DNA of 64,000 nucleotides from an uncultured Chloroflexia bacterium. GTDB taxonomy: Bacteria > Chloroflexota > Limnocylindria > Limnocylindrales > CSP1-4. Shown here one piece after another: positions 8,547-17,248 of the stretch (position 1 is its first letter; each line of letters opens with the position of its first letter). The translations under genes and the position numbers were made by a program. The notes under the pieces were generated by a model. That model was not told the DNA's origin. It did not search any database and saw only the letters and a list, made by a program, of their open reading frames with translations. The stretch covers positions 973,324-1,037,323 of the forward strand of contig CAVRHM010000002.1 of NCBI GenBank assembly GCA_963721015.1, in the 5' to 3' direction.

Positions 8547-9431
8547 GTGACCACCCTCATCGATCAACTGAAGACGAGACCCGTGGTCGGCCCTGCTCAG
8601 GGAGCGATCGACCGGTCGATCCCGGCCCTGCTCATCGACGGCGTCAGCAAGTCCTTCGTCGTCGGCCGAGCCAAGAAGCCCGTCGCGGCCATCGTGGACG
8701 TCGACCTGCGCCTGGAGCGTGGCGACATCCACGGGGTCCTCGGGGCCAACGGCTCGGGCAAGTCGACCCTCATCCGGCTCATCAGCGGGCTGCTGACGCT
8801 GGACAAGGGTCGGGTCGAAGTCTTCGGCCATGACCTCGAGCGCGAGGAGATGGCGGTCAAGCGCCTGATCAACCGGGTCAGCGTCGACGCCGCCTTCTTC
8901 AAGAAGCTCAGCCCGATGGAGAACCTCGTGTTCGCCGCCCGGCTGTACGGGCTCGACGGCAATGCCGCCAAGCACGACGCCCTGGCCATCCTGGCCCGGC
9001 TCGGCATCAGCGAGAAGCGGGTCGGCCGACCCGTCGAGCAGATGAGTCGAGGGATGCAGCAGAAGGTCGCCATCGCGCGAGCCCTGCTGACCAGCCCGAC
9101 GCTCCTGTTGCTCGACGAGCCGACGACCGGCCTGGACCCCCGCAGCAAGTTGGACGTCCAGACATTCATCGAGGAGATCAACGAGACCCACGACGCGACG
9201 ATCGTGCTCACGACCCACGACCTGGCAGAGGCCGAGCGCCTGTGCTCCCGGATCACCGTCCTCAACGACGGCCGGATCGTGGCCGAAGGCACCTCGCCGG
9301 AGCTCAAGGCCCAGACCGCGACCCGGCTCGGCCGCGAGGCCAGCCTCGAAGACGTGTTCATGACCTACACCGGCCGCTCCCTCGACGACGACGTCGACGA
9401 GGACGAGTCGGACGACGACGACGAGTCGTAA
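8547..9431 (+). CDS. ABC transporter ATP-binding protein
   Basis: Walker A GANGSGKST, signature LSRGMQQKVAIARAL, Walker B LLLLDEPTTGLD, H-loop TTHD. Preferred start GTG 8547 with GGAG 8 nt upstream; the track ATG at 8463 adds an unlikely N-terminus. Confidence 0.85.
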   Translation: MTTLIDQLKTRPVVGPAQGAIDRSIPALLIDGVSKSFVVGRAKKPVAAIVDVDLRLERGDIHGVLGANGSGKSTLIRLISGLLTLDKGRVEVFGHDLEREEMAVKRLINRVSVDAAFFKKLSPMENLVFAARLYGLDGNAAKHDALAILARLGISEKRVGRPVEQMSRGMQQKVAIARALLTSPTLLLLDEPTTGLDPRSKLDVQTFIEEINETHDATIVLTTHDLAEAERLCSRITVLNDGRIVAEGTSPELKAQTATRLGREASLEDVFMTYTGRSLDDDVDEDESDDDDES

Positions 9432-9460
9432 GCGACTAGACGAGAAAGGAGGTGAGAACC

Positions 9461-9652
9461 ATGGAAGCGCAAGTCCGGATCGCGTTGGCCCACGCCCGCG
9501 ATTTCCAGGCCCGGGAAGCCCAGCGCGTCGCCGAAGACCGGCGATTCGCCCAGCCCGGCCTGTCCATCCGCCGGACCGTCGGCCGCCGCGTCATCGCGGT
9601 CGGTCAGCGGATCGCCGCGGACCCGACCTACGAGCTGGCTCGGTCCCGTTGA
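9461..9652 (+). CDS. small hypothetical protein (63 aa) between ABC ATPase and permease
   Basis: AGGAGG 7 nt upstream of ATG at 9461. Product MEAQVRIALAHARDFQAREAQRVAEDRRF... Confidence 0.45.
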   Translation: MEAQVRIALAHARDFQAREAQRVAEDRRFAQPGLSIRRTVGRRVIAVGQRIAADPTYELARSR

Positions 9653-9690
9653 GGGGCCGAGCCAGCTCCCGACCCTGAGGAGATCCTCTC

Positions 9691-10494
9691 GTGACCATCG
9701 TCGCCCATGAGCTGAAGGCGTCGTACGCCTTCATCGAGCGCAACTTCTTCCTGACTCGCCGCTACTGGGGCTGGGAGCTCGCCTTCCTGGTCTATTCCGT
9801 CGCGGGCGCGCTCTCCATCTCGCTCATCGGTGCCGACCAGAACAACGAGGCGTTGCTTCTGTCCCTGATGGTCGGGGCGATCTTCTGGAACTACCTGTCG
9901 GTCGTGTTCAGCTGGATCGCCGAGACGATCTCCGTCGAGCGCTGGGAGGGCACGCTGGAGTACACGTTCATGGCCCCGGTCCGACGCTGGTCACAGCTGT
10001 TCGGCTCGGTCGTGTACGCGATGCTCTATGGCCTCGTCCACACGACGGTCATCTTCATCGTGCTGGTCCTGTTCTTCCGCGAGCTCGACCTGTCCTTCGC
10101 GAACCCGAGCACGGCCGTCGTGTTCATGCTCCTCGGCTCGTTCAGCTTCGTCGGGATCGGGATGATCGCCGCGATCATGCCGCTGCTCTACGTCGAGCGT
10201 GGAGCGCAGATGACGTTCGTGCTCCAGTCCTGTCTGCTGCTGGTCAGTGGCGTGTACTACTCGGTGGACATCCTGCCGGAGTGGATGCAGGCCCTGTCCA
10301 AGCTGTCGCCGGCGACGTACGTCCTGGACGGCGTCCGAGCCGGGCTCATCGACGGCGTGCCGGTGACCGAGCTGTGGCACGACATCTGGCCGCTCATCGT
10401 CATGGGCTTCGTCTTCATCCCGTTCGGGCTGTGGGCGTTCGGCCGGGCCGAGCGCTACGCCAAGCGCACCGGCAAGCTCAAGCGGGTCGGCTGA
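9691..10494 (+). CDS. ABC-2 family transporter permease
   Basis: 267 aa with 6 hydrophobic segments; typical ABC-2 permease profile. GTG start. Confidence 0.8.
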   Translation: MTIVAHELKASYAFIERNFFLTRRYWGWELAFLVYSVAGALSISLIGADQNNEALLLSLMVGAIFWNYLSVVFSWIAETISVERWEGTLEYTFMAPVRRWSQLFGSVVYAMLYGLVHTTVIFIVLVLFFRELDLSFANPSTAVVFMLLGSFSFVGIGMIAAIMPLLYVERGAQMTFVLQSCLLLVSGVYYSVDILPEWMQALSKLSPATYVLDGVRAGLIDGVPVTELWHDIWPLIVMGFVFIPFGLWAFGRAERYAKRTGKLKRVG

Positions 10495-10498
10495 TCCG

Positions 10499-11617
10499 AT
10501 GACCGACCTGACGATCCTCGGTTGGGACGCGGCCTGGGCCACGGTGTCGCCCGCCCTCGTGGGCGAGCGTCGCCCGGCCCGGGTCATCGCCGTCCACAAG
10601 GAGACCGCCATCGTCCGCCCGGCCGATGGCCCGGACCGCTCGGCCATCGTGTCCGGTCGCTTCCGTTACGACGCTCTCGCCCCGTCGGACTTTCCGGCCG
10701 TCGGCGACTGGGTGGCGCTCGAACCCGCCCAGCCGACGGCCGGGGCCGACGATCCGGCGGTCATCGCCGCCGTCCTTCCCCGCCGTTCCGCCTTCCGGCG
10801 CAGTGCCGCCGATTCGAGCCGCCGCACGTCCGGTCTGCTCAGCGACGAGCAGGTGCTAGCGGCGAACGTCGACGTCGCGTTCATCGTCGCCGGCCTGGAT
10901 CGCGACTTCAATCTGCGCCGGCTCGAGCGCTACCTGGCGGTCGCCTGGTCGAGCGGCGTGGACCCGGTCATCGTCCTGAACAAGGCCGACATCGCAGAAG
11001 ACCTGGAAGGCCGCCTCGTGGCAGTGGAGGCCATCGCCCCGGGCGTGCCAGTCGCCGTCCTGTCCGCCCTGACCGGTGACCACCTGGCCGACCTCGGGGC
11101 ATGGCTCCGCCCGGGGCAGACCGCGGTCGTGCTCGGCTCATCGGGCGTCGGCAAGTCGACGCTGGTCAACGCGCTGCTCGGGGAACAGCGTCAGGCCACC
11201 GCGGCGGTCCGCGAGGACGACTCCCGCGGCCGGCACACGACCACGCACCGCGAGCTGTTCGTCCTGCCCGGCGGATCGCTGCTCATCGACACGCCCGGCA
11301 TCCGCTCGCTGGAGATGGCCGGGGCAGACGAGGGAGTCGAGGCGGCATTCGACGACATCCTCGCCCTCGCCGCGGCCTGTCGGTTCAGCGACTGCCGGCA
11401 CACGACGGAGCCCGGCTGCGCCGTCAGAAACGCCTTGTCTGACGGCACCCTGAACCCGGATCGGCTGGCCAGCCACCAGAAGCTGGAGCGCGAGCTCGCC
11501 CATGTCGAACGCAAGACCGACCCGCGGGCCCAGGCCGAGGAACGCAAGCGCTGGAAGTCCATCCACAAGTCGGTCGGCAAGCACATGGATCGCAAGTACG
11601 GGACGGAGTGGCGATGA
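10499..11617 (+). CDS. rsgA: ribosome small subunit-dependent GTPase A
   Basis: Circularly permuted GTPase: NKADI...G1 GSSGVGKSTLVNAL. C-terminal zinc finger CRFSDCRHTTEPGC. Confidence 0.85.
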   Translation: MTDLTILGWDAAWATVSPALVGERRPARVIAVHKETAIVRPADGPDRSAIVSGRFRYDALAPSDFPAVGDWVALEPAQPTAGADDPAVIAAVLPRRSAFRRSAADSSRRTSGLLSDEQVLAANVDVAFIVAGLDRDFNLRRLERYLAVAWSSGVDPVIVLNKADIAEDLEGRLVAVEAIAPGVPVAVLSALTGDHLADLGAWLRPGQTAVVLGSSGVGKSTLVNALLGEQRQATAAVREDDSRGRHTTTHRELFVLPGGSLLIDTPGIRSLEMAGADEGVEAAFDDILALAAACRFSDCRHTTEPGCAVRNALSDGTLNPDRLASHQKLERELAHVERKTDPRAQAEERKRWKSIHKSVGKHMDRKYGTEWR

Positions 11618-12666
11618 CGACCATCGATGACGCGATCCAGCTCGGCGTCCAGCCGGACATCCCGGGCCTGCGCCTCCGGCACGTCCGCCTGCCGGAGGAC
11701 TTCGTCGGGATGGCCCGGACCAATCAGGCCACGCGCGACGCGGCCGGCATGGAAGAGGTCGTGACCGCCGAGGCGATGGAGCGTGACTACGGCCACATCC
11801 AGCATTGGGATGCGTACGACGACACGGTCATCGTCGAGCTCGACGGCCGGATCGTCGCCTACGGCCGGGTCGACTGGCGGGACCAGGTCGACGGCGCCCG
11901 GGCGTTCATGGCCATCCTCGTCGTCGAGCCCGCCCTCGCGGCATCGGGCATCCCGGACGCGTTGCTCGGCTGGGCCGAAGCCCGGCTCGTGGCCAACGCC
12001 CGGGCCATCCCGCCGGACGAGCGCCGGCCGAGCACGATGCGGACCTTCTCGTTCGGCGCGGAGGCCGGGTTGACCGACGCGCTCGTGGCCCACGGCTGGA
12101 CCAAGGAGGGTCACGGCTACGAGATGGTCCGCCCGACCCTCGACGACATCCCGGACGTGCCGATGCCGGCCGGGCTGGTCGTGCGCCCGATCGGGCTGGA
12201 CGAGGCCTCCATGCGCCGGGTCTGGGAGGCCGGCGTCGAGGCCTTCGCCGACGAGCGTGGCGAGCAGGAGGCGACCGAGGCGGACTGGGCGGGATTTCGC
12301 GACGACCCGGACCAGGATCCGGCGCTATGGGTCATCGCCTTCGATGGCGATGAGATCGCCGGCGGGGTCCGCGGGATGATCCATCCCGAGGAGAACGCCC
12401 ATCACGGTCGCGAACGCGGACTCCTCGACGGCGTCTTCACCCGGCGACCGTGGCGACGTCGCGGCCTGGCGCGGGCGCTCATGGCCCGGTCGCTGGCCCG
12501 CTTCCGTGACCACGGCATGACGAGCGCGTATCTTGGTGTCGACGGGCTCAACCCGAACCAGGCGATGGACCTCTACACATCGCTGGGCTTCGAGGCCGTC
12601 AGCACGACCTACGATTGGGCCAAGGCCCTGCCGGCCGACGCCGGTCCGCTGGAGGATGGCGCGTGA
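11608..12666 (+). CDS. double-GNAT acetyltransferase (mycothiol synthase MshD-like)
   Basis: 352 aa with two GNAT halves (RGYATEA-like absent; instead RRRGLARALMARSLARFRDHGMTSAYLGVD). Start overlaps rsgA end. Confidence 0.65.
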   Translation: MAMTTIDDAIQLGVQPDIPGLRLRHVRLPEDFVGMARTNQATRDAAGMEEVVTAEAMERDYGHIQHWDAYDDTVIVELDGRIVAYGRVDWRDQVDGARAFMAILVVEPALAASGIPDALLGWAEARLVANARAIPPDERRPSTMRTFSFGAEAGLTDALVAHGWTKEGHGYEMVRPTLDDIPDVPMPAGLVVRPIGLDEASMRRVWEAGVEAFADERGEQEATEADWAGFRDDPDQDPALWVIAFDGDEIAGGVRGMIHPEENAHHGRERGLLDGVFTRRPWRRRGLARALMARSLARFRDHGMTSAYLGVDGLNPNQAMDLYTSLGFEAVSTTYDWAKALPADAGPLEDGA

Positions 12667-13685
12667 CCCTGACCGACTCCCCGACCGTCTGGCTCGACGT
12701 GGCCGATGCCCCGGCCATCCCCGGCCTGCGCTTCCGGCGCCCGCGGGCGGACGACGCCGATTTCGCGGCGACGTCGGCGCTCATCGCGGCGGCCAACGGC
12801 GAGGACGGCATCCCCTACGCGCCCACGGCATCGAACCTGCGCGAGGAGTTCGAGACCGACACCTCGTTCGATCCGGCGACCGACATCGTGATGGCCGAGA
12901 TCGACGGTCGACTGGTCGCCAACGCGGGGAGCGACCGAGCGGTCCGCGATGGCCTCACGGTCTTCCACCTGTGGGGCCATGTCGACCCGGCCTGGCGCCG
13001 GCGCGGCCTCGGTCGTGTGCTCCTGCGGGAGAACGTGCGGCGCGTCGAGGAGCGGAGCGAGGCGGAGACGGACGGCGTCCCGACGGCCGCTCAGTCGGTG
13101 GCGGCCCGGACCGAAGCGGGGCACGCGGCACTCCTCGGTGAGGCCGGCTTCCAGCCGATCCGCTGGTTCTTCGAGATGCGGCGGCCCCACCTCGATGCCA
13201 TCCCGGAGGCCCCGCTCCCTGATGGCCTGGAGCTCCGGCCCGTCACGCCCGACCTGCATCGGACGATCTGGGAGGCTGACACGGAGGCGTTCCAGGACCA
13301 CTGGCAGGCGCGCCAGCCGACCGACGACGACTTCACCGCGCTGTTCGCCAAGGAGGACCTGGACACCTCGCTGTGGGTCGTCGCCTGGGATGGCGACCAA
13401 GTCGCGGGCGTCGTCCAGACGTGGATCTGGCGTGGCGAGAACGACCAGCTCGGCGTGCAGCGCGGCTGGCTCGAGCACATCAGCGTCCGGCGCCCGTGGC
13501 GGCGACGCGGACTCGGCCGCGCGGTGACCGCCGAGGCGCTCCGCCGGCTGGCAGCCGCCGGCATGACCGAGGCGATGCTCGGCGTCGATGCCGAGAATCC
13601 GACCGGGGCGCTCGGCCTGTACGAGTCGCTCGACTTCGAGGTCCACCAGCGCGCGACCGCGTGGCAGCGGCCCTTGCGGGGCTGA
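12663..13685 (+). CDS. double-GNAT acetyltransferase paralog (MshD-like)
   Basis: Collinear similarity to the previous gene (PGLRFRRPR..., RRRGLGRAVTAEALRRLAAAGMTEAMLGVD). GTG start at 12663 overlaps upstream TGA (GTGA). Confidence 0.65.
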   Translation: MTLTDSPTVWLDVADAPAIPGLRFRRPRADDADFAATSALIAAANGEDGIPYAPTASNLREEFETDTSFDPATDIVMAEIDGRLVANAGSDRAVRDGLTVFHLWGHVDPAWRRRGLGRVLLRENVRRVEERSEAETDGVPTAAQSVAARTEAGHAALLGEAGFQPIRWFFEMRRPHLDAIPEAPLPDGLELRPVTPDLHRTIWEADTEAFQDHWQARQPTDDDFTALFAKEDLDTSLWVVAWDGDQVAGVVQTWIWRGENDQLGVQRGWLEHISVRRPWRRRGLGRAVTAEALRRLAAAGMTEAMLGVDAENPTGALGLYESLDFEVHQRATAWQRPLRG

Positions 13686-13739
13686 CCGACCTCCCTCGCC
13701 CGTGGTGGCATCATGGTCGACGCGAACGGAGGGCCGACC

Positions 13740-14273
13740 ATGCGCTCGTATCTCATCGTCGCCAACCAGACGCTGACGAGTCGATCCCTCGCCGAGGCGA
13801 TCACCGCCCGCCTGGCCGACGGTCCCATCCGGACCTACGTCGTCGTCCCCCTCGTCCCGGTCGGCGGCCGGCTGACCTGGGATGAGGTCGCGTCCAGGGA
13901 CGCTGCCACGGAACGGCTCGACGGCATCCTGGAGCGGCTGACCGCGCTGGGCGCCGAGGCCGCCGGCGAGGTCGGCGACCGCGATCCGGTGTCCGCGGTC
14001 CGGGACGCGATGCGCGGCCGTGAGGTCGACGAGATCATCATCTCGACCCTGCCCCGCGGCCTGTCCCGCTGGCTCGGCGAGGACGTTCCGAGCCGGCTGC
14101 AGCGAGAGCGTGACGGTCCCGGTGACCGTCGTGACCCAGCCGGACGAGGCCGCCGCCGGCTGAGGATGACCCGGCCGGGATCGGCTCAGGCGATGAGTCG
14201 ACCGGCGTCCCGGACCAGCTCCAGCCACGGCCGCTCGCGGCCGATCGTCGTCGCGGCCCCGTGGCCCGGGTAG
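13740..14273 (+). CDS. hypothetical protein (conserved N-terminal LIVANQT motif)
   Basis: Start chosen at MRSYLIVANQTL. C-terminal ~40 aa low-complexity and overlaps convergent MBL gene by ~88 nt. Confidence 0.4.
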   Translation: MRSYLIVANQTLTSRSLAEAITARLADGPIRTYVVVPLVPVGGRLTWDEVASRDAATERLDGILERLTALGAEAAGEVGDRDPVSAVRDAMRGREVDEIIISTLPRGLSRWLGEDVPSRLQRERDGPGDRRDPAGRGRRRLRMTRPGSAQAMSRPASRTSSSHGRSRPIVVAAPWPG

Positions 14274-14842
14274 ACGGCCACGCCGTCCTCGAGCTCGGAC
14301 AGGCGGGCCAGCGACGCGGCCATCGCGACCGGGTCGCCGCCGGGCAGGTCCACCCGGCCCCAGCCCGCCGCGAACAGCGTGTCGCCGCTGAACAGGCGAC
14401 CGCCGTCGACGTCATACAGGCAGACCGACCCCTCGGTATGGCCCGGCGTGTGCAGGACGCGCAGGCGGAACGACCCGAACCGGATCTCGCCGCCCTCGGC
14501 CAGGTCGACGGCCGGCACCGACGGCACGATCTCGAACGGCGCCCACAGCGGCTGGGGATCGACGAGTCGGGGGCGATCGTCCGGGTGGACCGCGATGTCG
14601 GCCCCGGTGTAGGCGGCCACGGCGGCGTTGTCGCCGATATGGTCCCAGTGGCCGTGACTCGACACGATGAGCTTCAGCGTCCAGTCACGAGCGGCGAGCT
14701 CATCGGCGATCCAGGCCAGGCAGGGTGTCGCCGTGTCGATGGCGATGGCCTCGCGGGTCCGCTCGTCGGCCAGGACGTGGACGTTCGTGGCGATCGGCCC
14801 GACGACGCGCTGCAGGTGCTCCACCGATCGATCGTCGCACAT
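14186..14842 (-). CDS. MBL-fold metallo-hydrolase (glyoxalase II-like)
   Basis: HxHxDH motif SSHGHWDHIGD, plus HTPGHTEGS, GDTLF and YPGHG. Start set at MCDDRSVEHL (ATG 14842); the track N-terminal extension to 15199 is Arg-rich junk. Confidence 0.75.
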   Translation of the reverse strand: MCDDRSVEHLQRVVGPIATNVHVLADERTREAIAIDTATPCLAWIADELAARDWTLKLIVSSHGHWDHIGDNAAVAAYTGADIAVHPDDRPRLVDPQPLWAPFEIVPSVPAVDLAEGGEIRFGSFRLRVLHTPGHTEGSVCLYDVDGGRLFSGDTLFAAGWGRVDLPGGDPVAMAASLARLSELEDGVAVYPGHGAATTIGRERPWLELVRDAGRLIA

Positions 14843-14942
14843 GGCTGGCCACTGGGCTGGACCCTGGTGCGACGATGCTCGACGCTTGCCTCGCCGGCGG
14901 ACCGGCGTAGGATTCGATCCGGAGGTGGCCGGATGACCGCGC

Positions 14943-15202
14943 AGCATTCCGTCAAGCTCATCCCATGGGACGATCGCGAGTTCGTCCAGGCCTATGAACG
15001 GGCCGCCGCCGATCTCGCGGCGGCGGGGATCAGCCTCCACCAGGCAGCCGCGCCGGTCGAGCTCCAGCGCCGGCTCCGGGCCGGCGGCTACCCGGAGGCG
15101 GTCTGCTGGTGCGAGCGGACACCGGAGACCATCCTGGCCGCCAAGGCCCGCTGCGTCGTCGCCCGGGACAGCGCAGCGGCGACGCCACTGACGCCGCACT
15201 AG
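14943..15202 (+). CDS. small hypothetical protein (86 aa)
   Basis: GGAGGTG 6 nt upstream of ATG 14943. Product MTAQHSVKLIPWDDREFVQAYERAAADLAAAGISL...CWCERTPETILAAKARCV. Embedded in a longer spurious track ORF. Confidence 0.45.
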
Positions 15203-15207
15203 CCGTC

Positions 15208-15609
15208 GTGTCCACCATCGGCGGTCCGGTCCCGGTCCCGGATCGAGCGGCCGCGGCCATCCTCATCGCGATCGGCCTGGGATTCGGCATCCCGACACCG
15301 TTCGTGCTGGCGTACCTGGCCCGGACCGGGGATCTGCCGATGACCCCATGGGGCTTCCGGGCGATGAGCGGGCCGTTCGAGCGGCTCGGTCCCGAGGCGT
15401 TCACCGCCCTCGGCGTCGCGTTCGCCGGGGTCTGCGCGGTCGACGTCGTCGCGGGGACGCTGTTGTGGCGAGGCGATGGACGCGGCAGGACGGTCGCCGC
15501 GGCCGTGACGCCGGCGGGGGTCGCCCTGGGGCTCGGGTTCGCCCTCCCGTTCTACCTCGCGTCGATCCCGCTCCGCTCGGTCCCGCTGCTGTTGGGCCGG
15601 CGCCGCTGA
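15208..15609 (+). CDS. small integral membrane protein (~4 TM)
   Basis: GTG 5 nt after the upstream stop. Hydrophobic segments AILIAIGLGFGIPTPFVLAYLA, ALGVAFAGVCAVDVVAGTLLW, AGVALGLGFALPFYLASIPL. Confidence 0.4.
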   Translation: MSTIGGPVPVPDRAAAAILIAIGLGFGIPTPFVLAYLARTGDLPMTPWGFRAMSGPFERLGPEAFTALGVAFAGVCAVDVVAGTLLWRGDGRGRTVAAAVTPAGVALGLGFALPFYLASIPLRSVPLLLGRRR

Positions 15610-15639
15610 CGGGCCGCGTCGGTCGGGTCGGCGATGACG

Positions 15640-16092
15640 TCAGCCGCCGGCGGGCGCCTCGAGCTTCTCCTTCATGCAGTCGAAGGTCTGGCCGATCATC
15701 TTGGTGGCCGTGCCCTCGATGAGCCGGGCGCCGACGCTGGCCAGCGTGCCCGAGATGTTGACGTCCGCCTTCCAGTCCATCGTCGTGCCGCCGTCCGGCC
15801 CGTCGGACAGATGCATCGAGGCGTCGGCGTCGACCGCACTGCCCGGGGCCTGCCCATGCGCCTTGATCCCCGCATGGTCCGGGGCGGCCAGCTCGGCGAA
15901 CTCCATGTTGACCACGAAGCGGGCGCTGATGAACCCGATGCCGACCTTGGCGGTGGCCTTGAAATGGGTGTCGTCGATGACCTCGATGGACTCGACGCCG
16001 GGGCCGCATTGACCGACCTGGTCGGGGTCGATGACGAAGGCCCAGACCTTGTCGCGGGGCGCGGCGATGTCGACGGAGCCCTCGAAGTGCAT
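15640..16092 (-). CDS. coxG: CoxG (SRPBCC) carbon monoxide dehydrogenase subunit G family protein
   Basis: 150 aa MHFEGSVDIAAPRDKVWAFVIDPDQV... typical CoxG/SRPBCC. Confidence 0.8.
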   Translation of the reverse strand: MHFEGSVDIAAPRDKVWAFVIDPDQVGQCGPGVESIEVIDDTHFKATAKVGIGFISARFVVNMEFAELAAPDHAGIKAHGQAPGSAVDADASMHLSDGPDGGTTMDWKADVNISGTLASVGARLIEGTATKMIGQTFDCMKEKLEAPAGG

Positions 16093-16120
16093 GCGATCTC
16101 CTCCTGACGATGGCCGGCCG

Positions 16121-17248
16121 TCAGCCGGGCATCGAGCGGGTCGATGGGTCGGCCGAGAGATACGTTACCGGCTCCTTGATGAACCGGGTCCGGCAGCCGA
16201 TCGAGCAGAAGGCGTAGACGACCCCGTCGTGCTCGGCGAGATGCCGGGCATGGGCTCGATCGACGGTCATCCCGCAGACCGGGTCGTCCAGGACGATGTC
16301 GTCGACGACCGGCTCGAGGGTCACGCTGGCCGGCAGGGTCGCATGGTCCGTCGCCGGCCCCGGCCGGGCGATGAAGTCGGCCCGGCCACGCCGGACCTGG
16401 ACGAGCTCGGCCAGGATGGACAGGGCGATCTCGTCGGCCGTCTCGGCGCCCAGGTCGAGCCCGGCCGGGGCACGCAACGCGCCGATGCGATCCTGGTCGA
16501 TCGTCGTCTCCTCGCGCAGCCAGTCGCGGACGACGGTGGCCCGGGTCGGTGAGGCGACGAGTCCGACATACGACGCGTCGCGGGTCAGCGCGAGTCCGAC
16601 GGCTTCCTCGTCCCAGATGCCCTGGCTGGCGACCACGACGTACGGCGAGGCATCCGGGTCCAGGCCACGGATGTCCGCGGAGGCATGGACCCGCTCGGCA
16701 CCCGGGAAGGCATCGGCTTCGGCGATGGGATCGATGACCGTCACCCGCCAGCCCGCCGCCCCGCCCAGCCGCGCCAGCGCCCCGGCGATCGGCGTCGTCC
16801 CGACGACCCACAGGAGCGGTGCTGGCAGATGCGGTTCCACGTAGATCTCCAGTGTCCCGCCGGAATGGCAGGTCATGACCAGCTCGATGACGCCATCCGC
16901 CCGGCGACCCTCGCCGGGCCCGTCCCTCGACAGGCGGAGCAGCCGGGGCTGCCCGTCGCCGAGGGCCCGGAGCGCCTCGCGGACGACGACGGGCTGGGCG
17001 CAACTGCCGCCGACCCAGCCCTCGATCGTGCCGTCCGGGTGGATGATCCCGCTCGCCCCGGGTCGGGCCGAGGTCGGTTTGCGGACCGCGACCACCGTGG
17101 CGACCGCGAACGACCGCCCCGTCGACTCGAGCTCGACGGCCCGCGCGAACGTCGAGAACGTGCTCAGTTGAGGCCTTGCTCTCGAAGGATGGCCCAGACC
17201 TTCTGGGGTGTGATCGGGATATCGATGTTGCGGACACCGAGGTGCCAC
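16121..17248 (-). CDS. XdhC/CoxI family accessory protein fused to C-terminal TRASH/YHS zinc-ribbon domain
   Basis: XdhC_CoxI N- and Rossmann-like C-domain (VVGTTPIAGALARLGGAAGWRVTVIDP). Tail DPVCGMTVDRAHARHLAEHDGVVYAFCSIGCRTRF is a TRASH/YHS motif. Track start overlaps coxL by 85 nt, so true start probably downstream. Confidence 0.7.
   Translation of the reverse strand: MAPRCPQHRYPDHTPEGLGHPSRARPQLSTFSTFARAVELESTGRSFAVATVVAVRKPTSARPGASGIIHPDGTIEGWVGGSCAQPVVVREALRALGDGQPRLLRLSRDGPGEGRRADGVIELVMTCHSGGTLEIYVEPHLPAPLLWVVGTTPIAGALARLGGAAGWRVTVIDPIAEADAFPGAERVHASADIRGLDPDASPYVVVASQGIWDEEAVGLALTRDASYVGLVASPTRATVVRDWLREETTIDQDRIGALRAPAGLDLGAETADEIALSILAELVQVRRGRADFIARPGPATDHATLPASVTLEPVVDDIVLDDPVCGMTVDRAHARHLAEHDGVVYAFCSIGCRTRFIKEPVTYLSADPSTRSMPG

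Noticed and set aside
14843-15199. N-terminal 119-aa extension of MBL hydrolase ORF
   Set aside because: Arg-rich low complexity, overlaps an RBS-supported small gene on the other strand; internal ATG 14842 gives a normal-length MBL protein.
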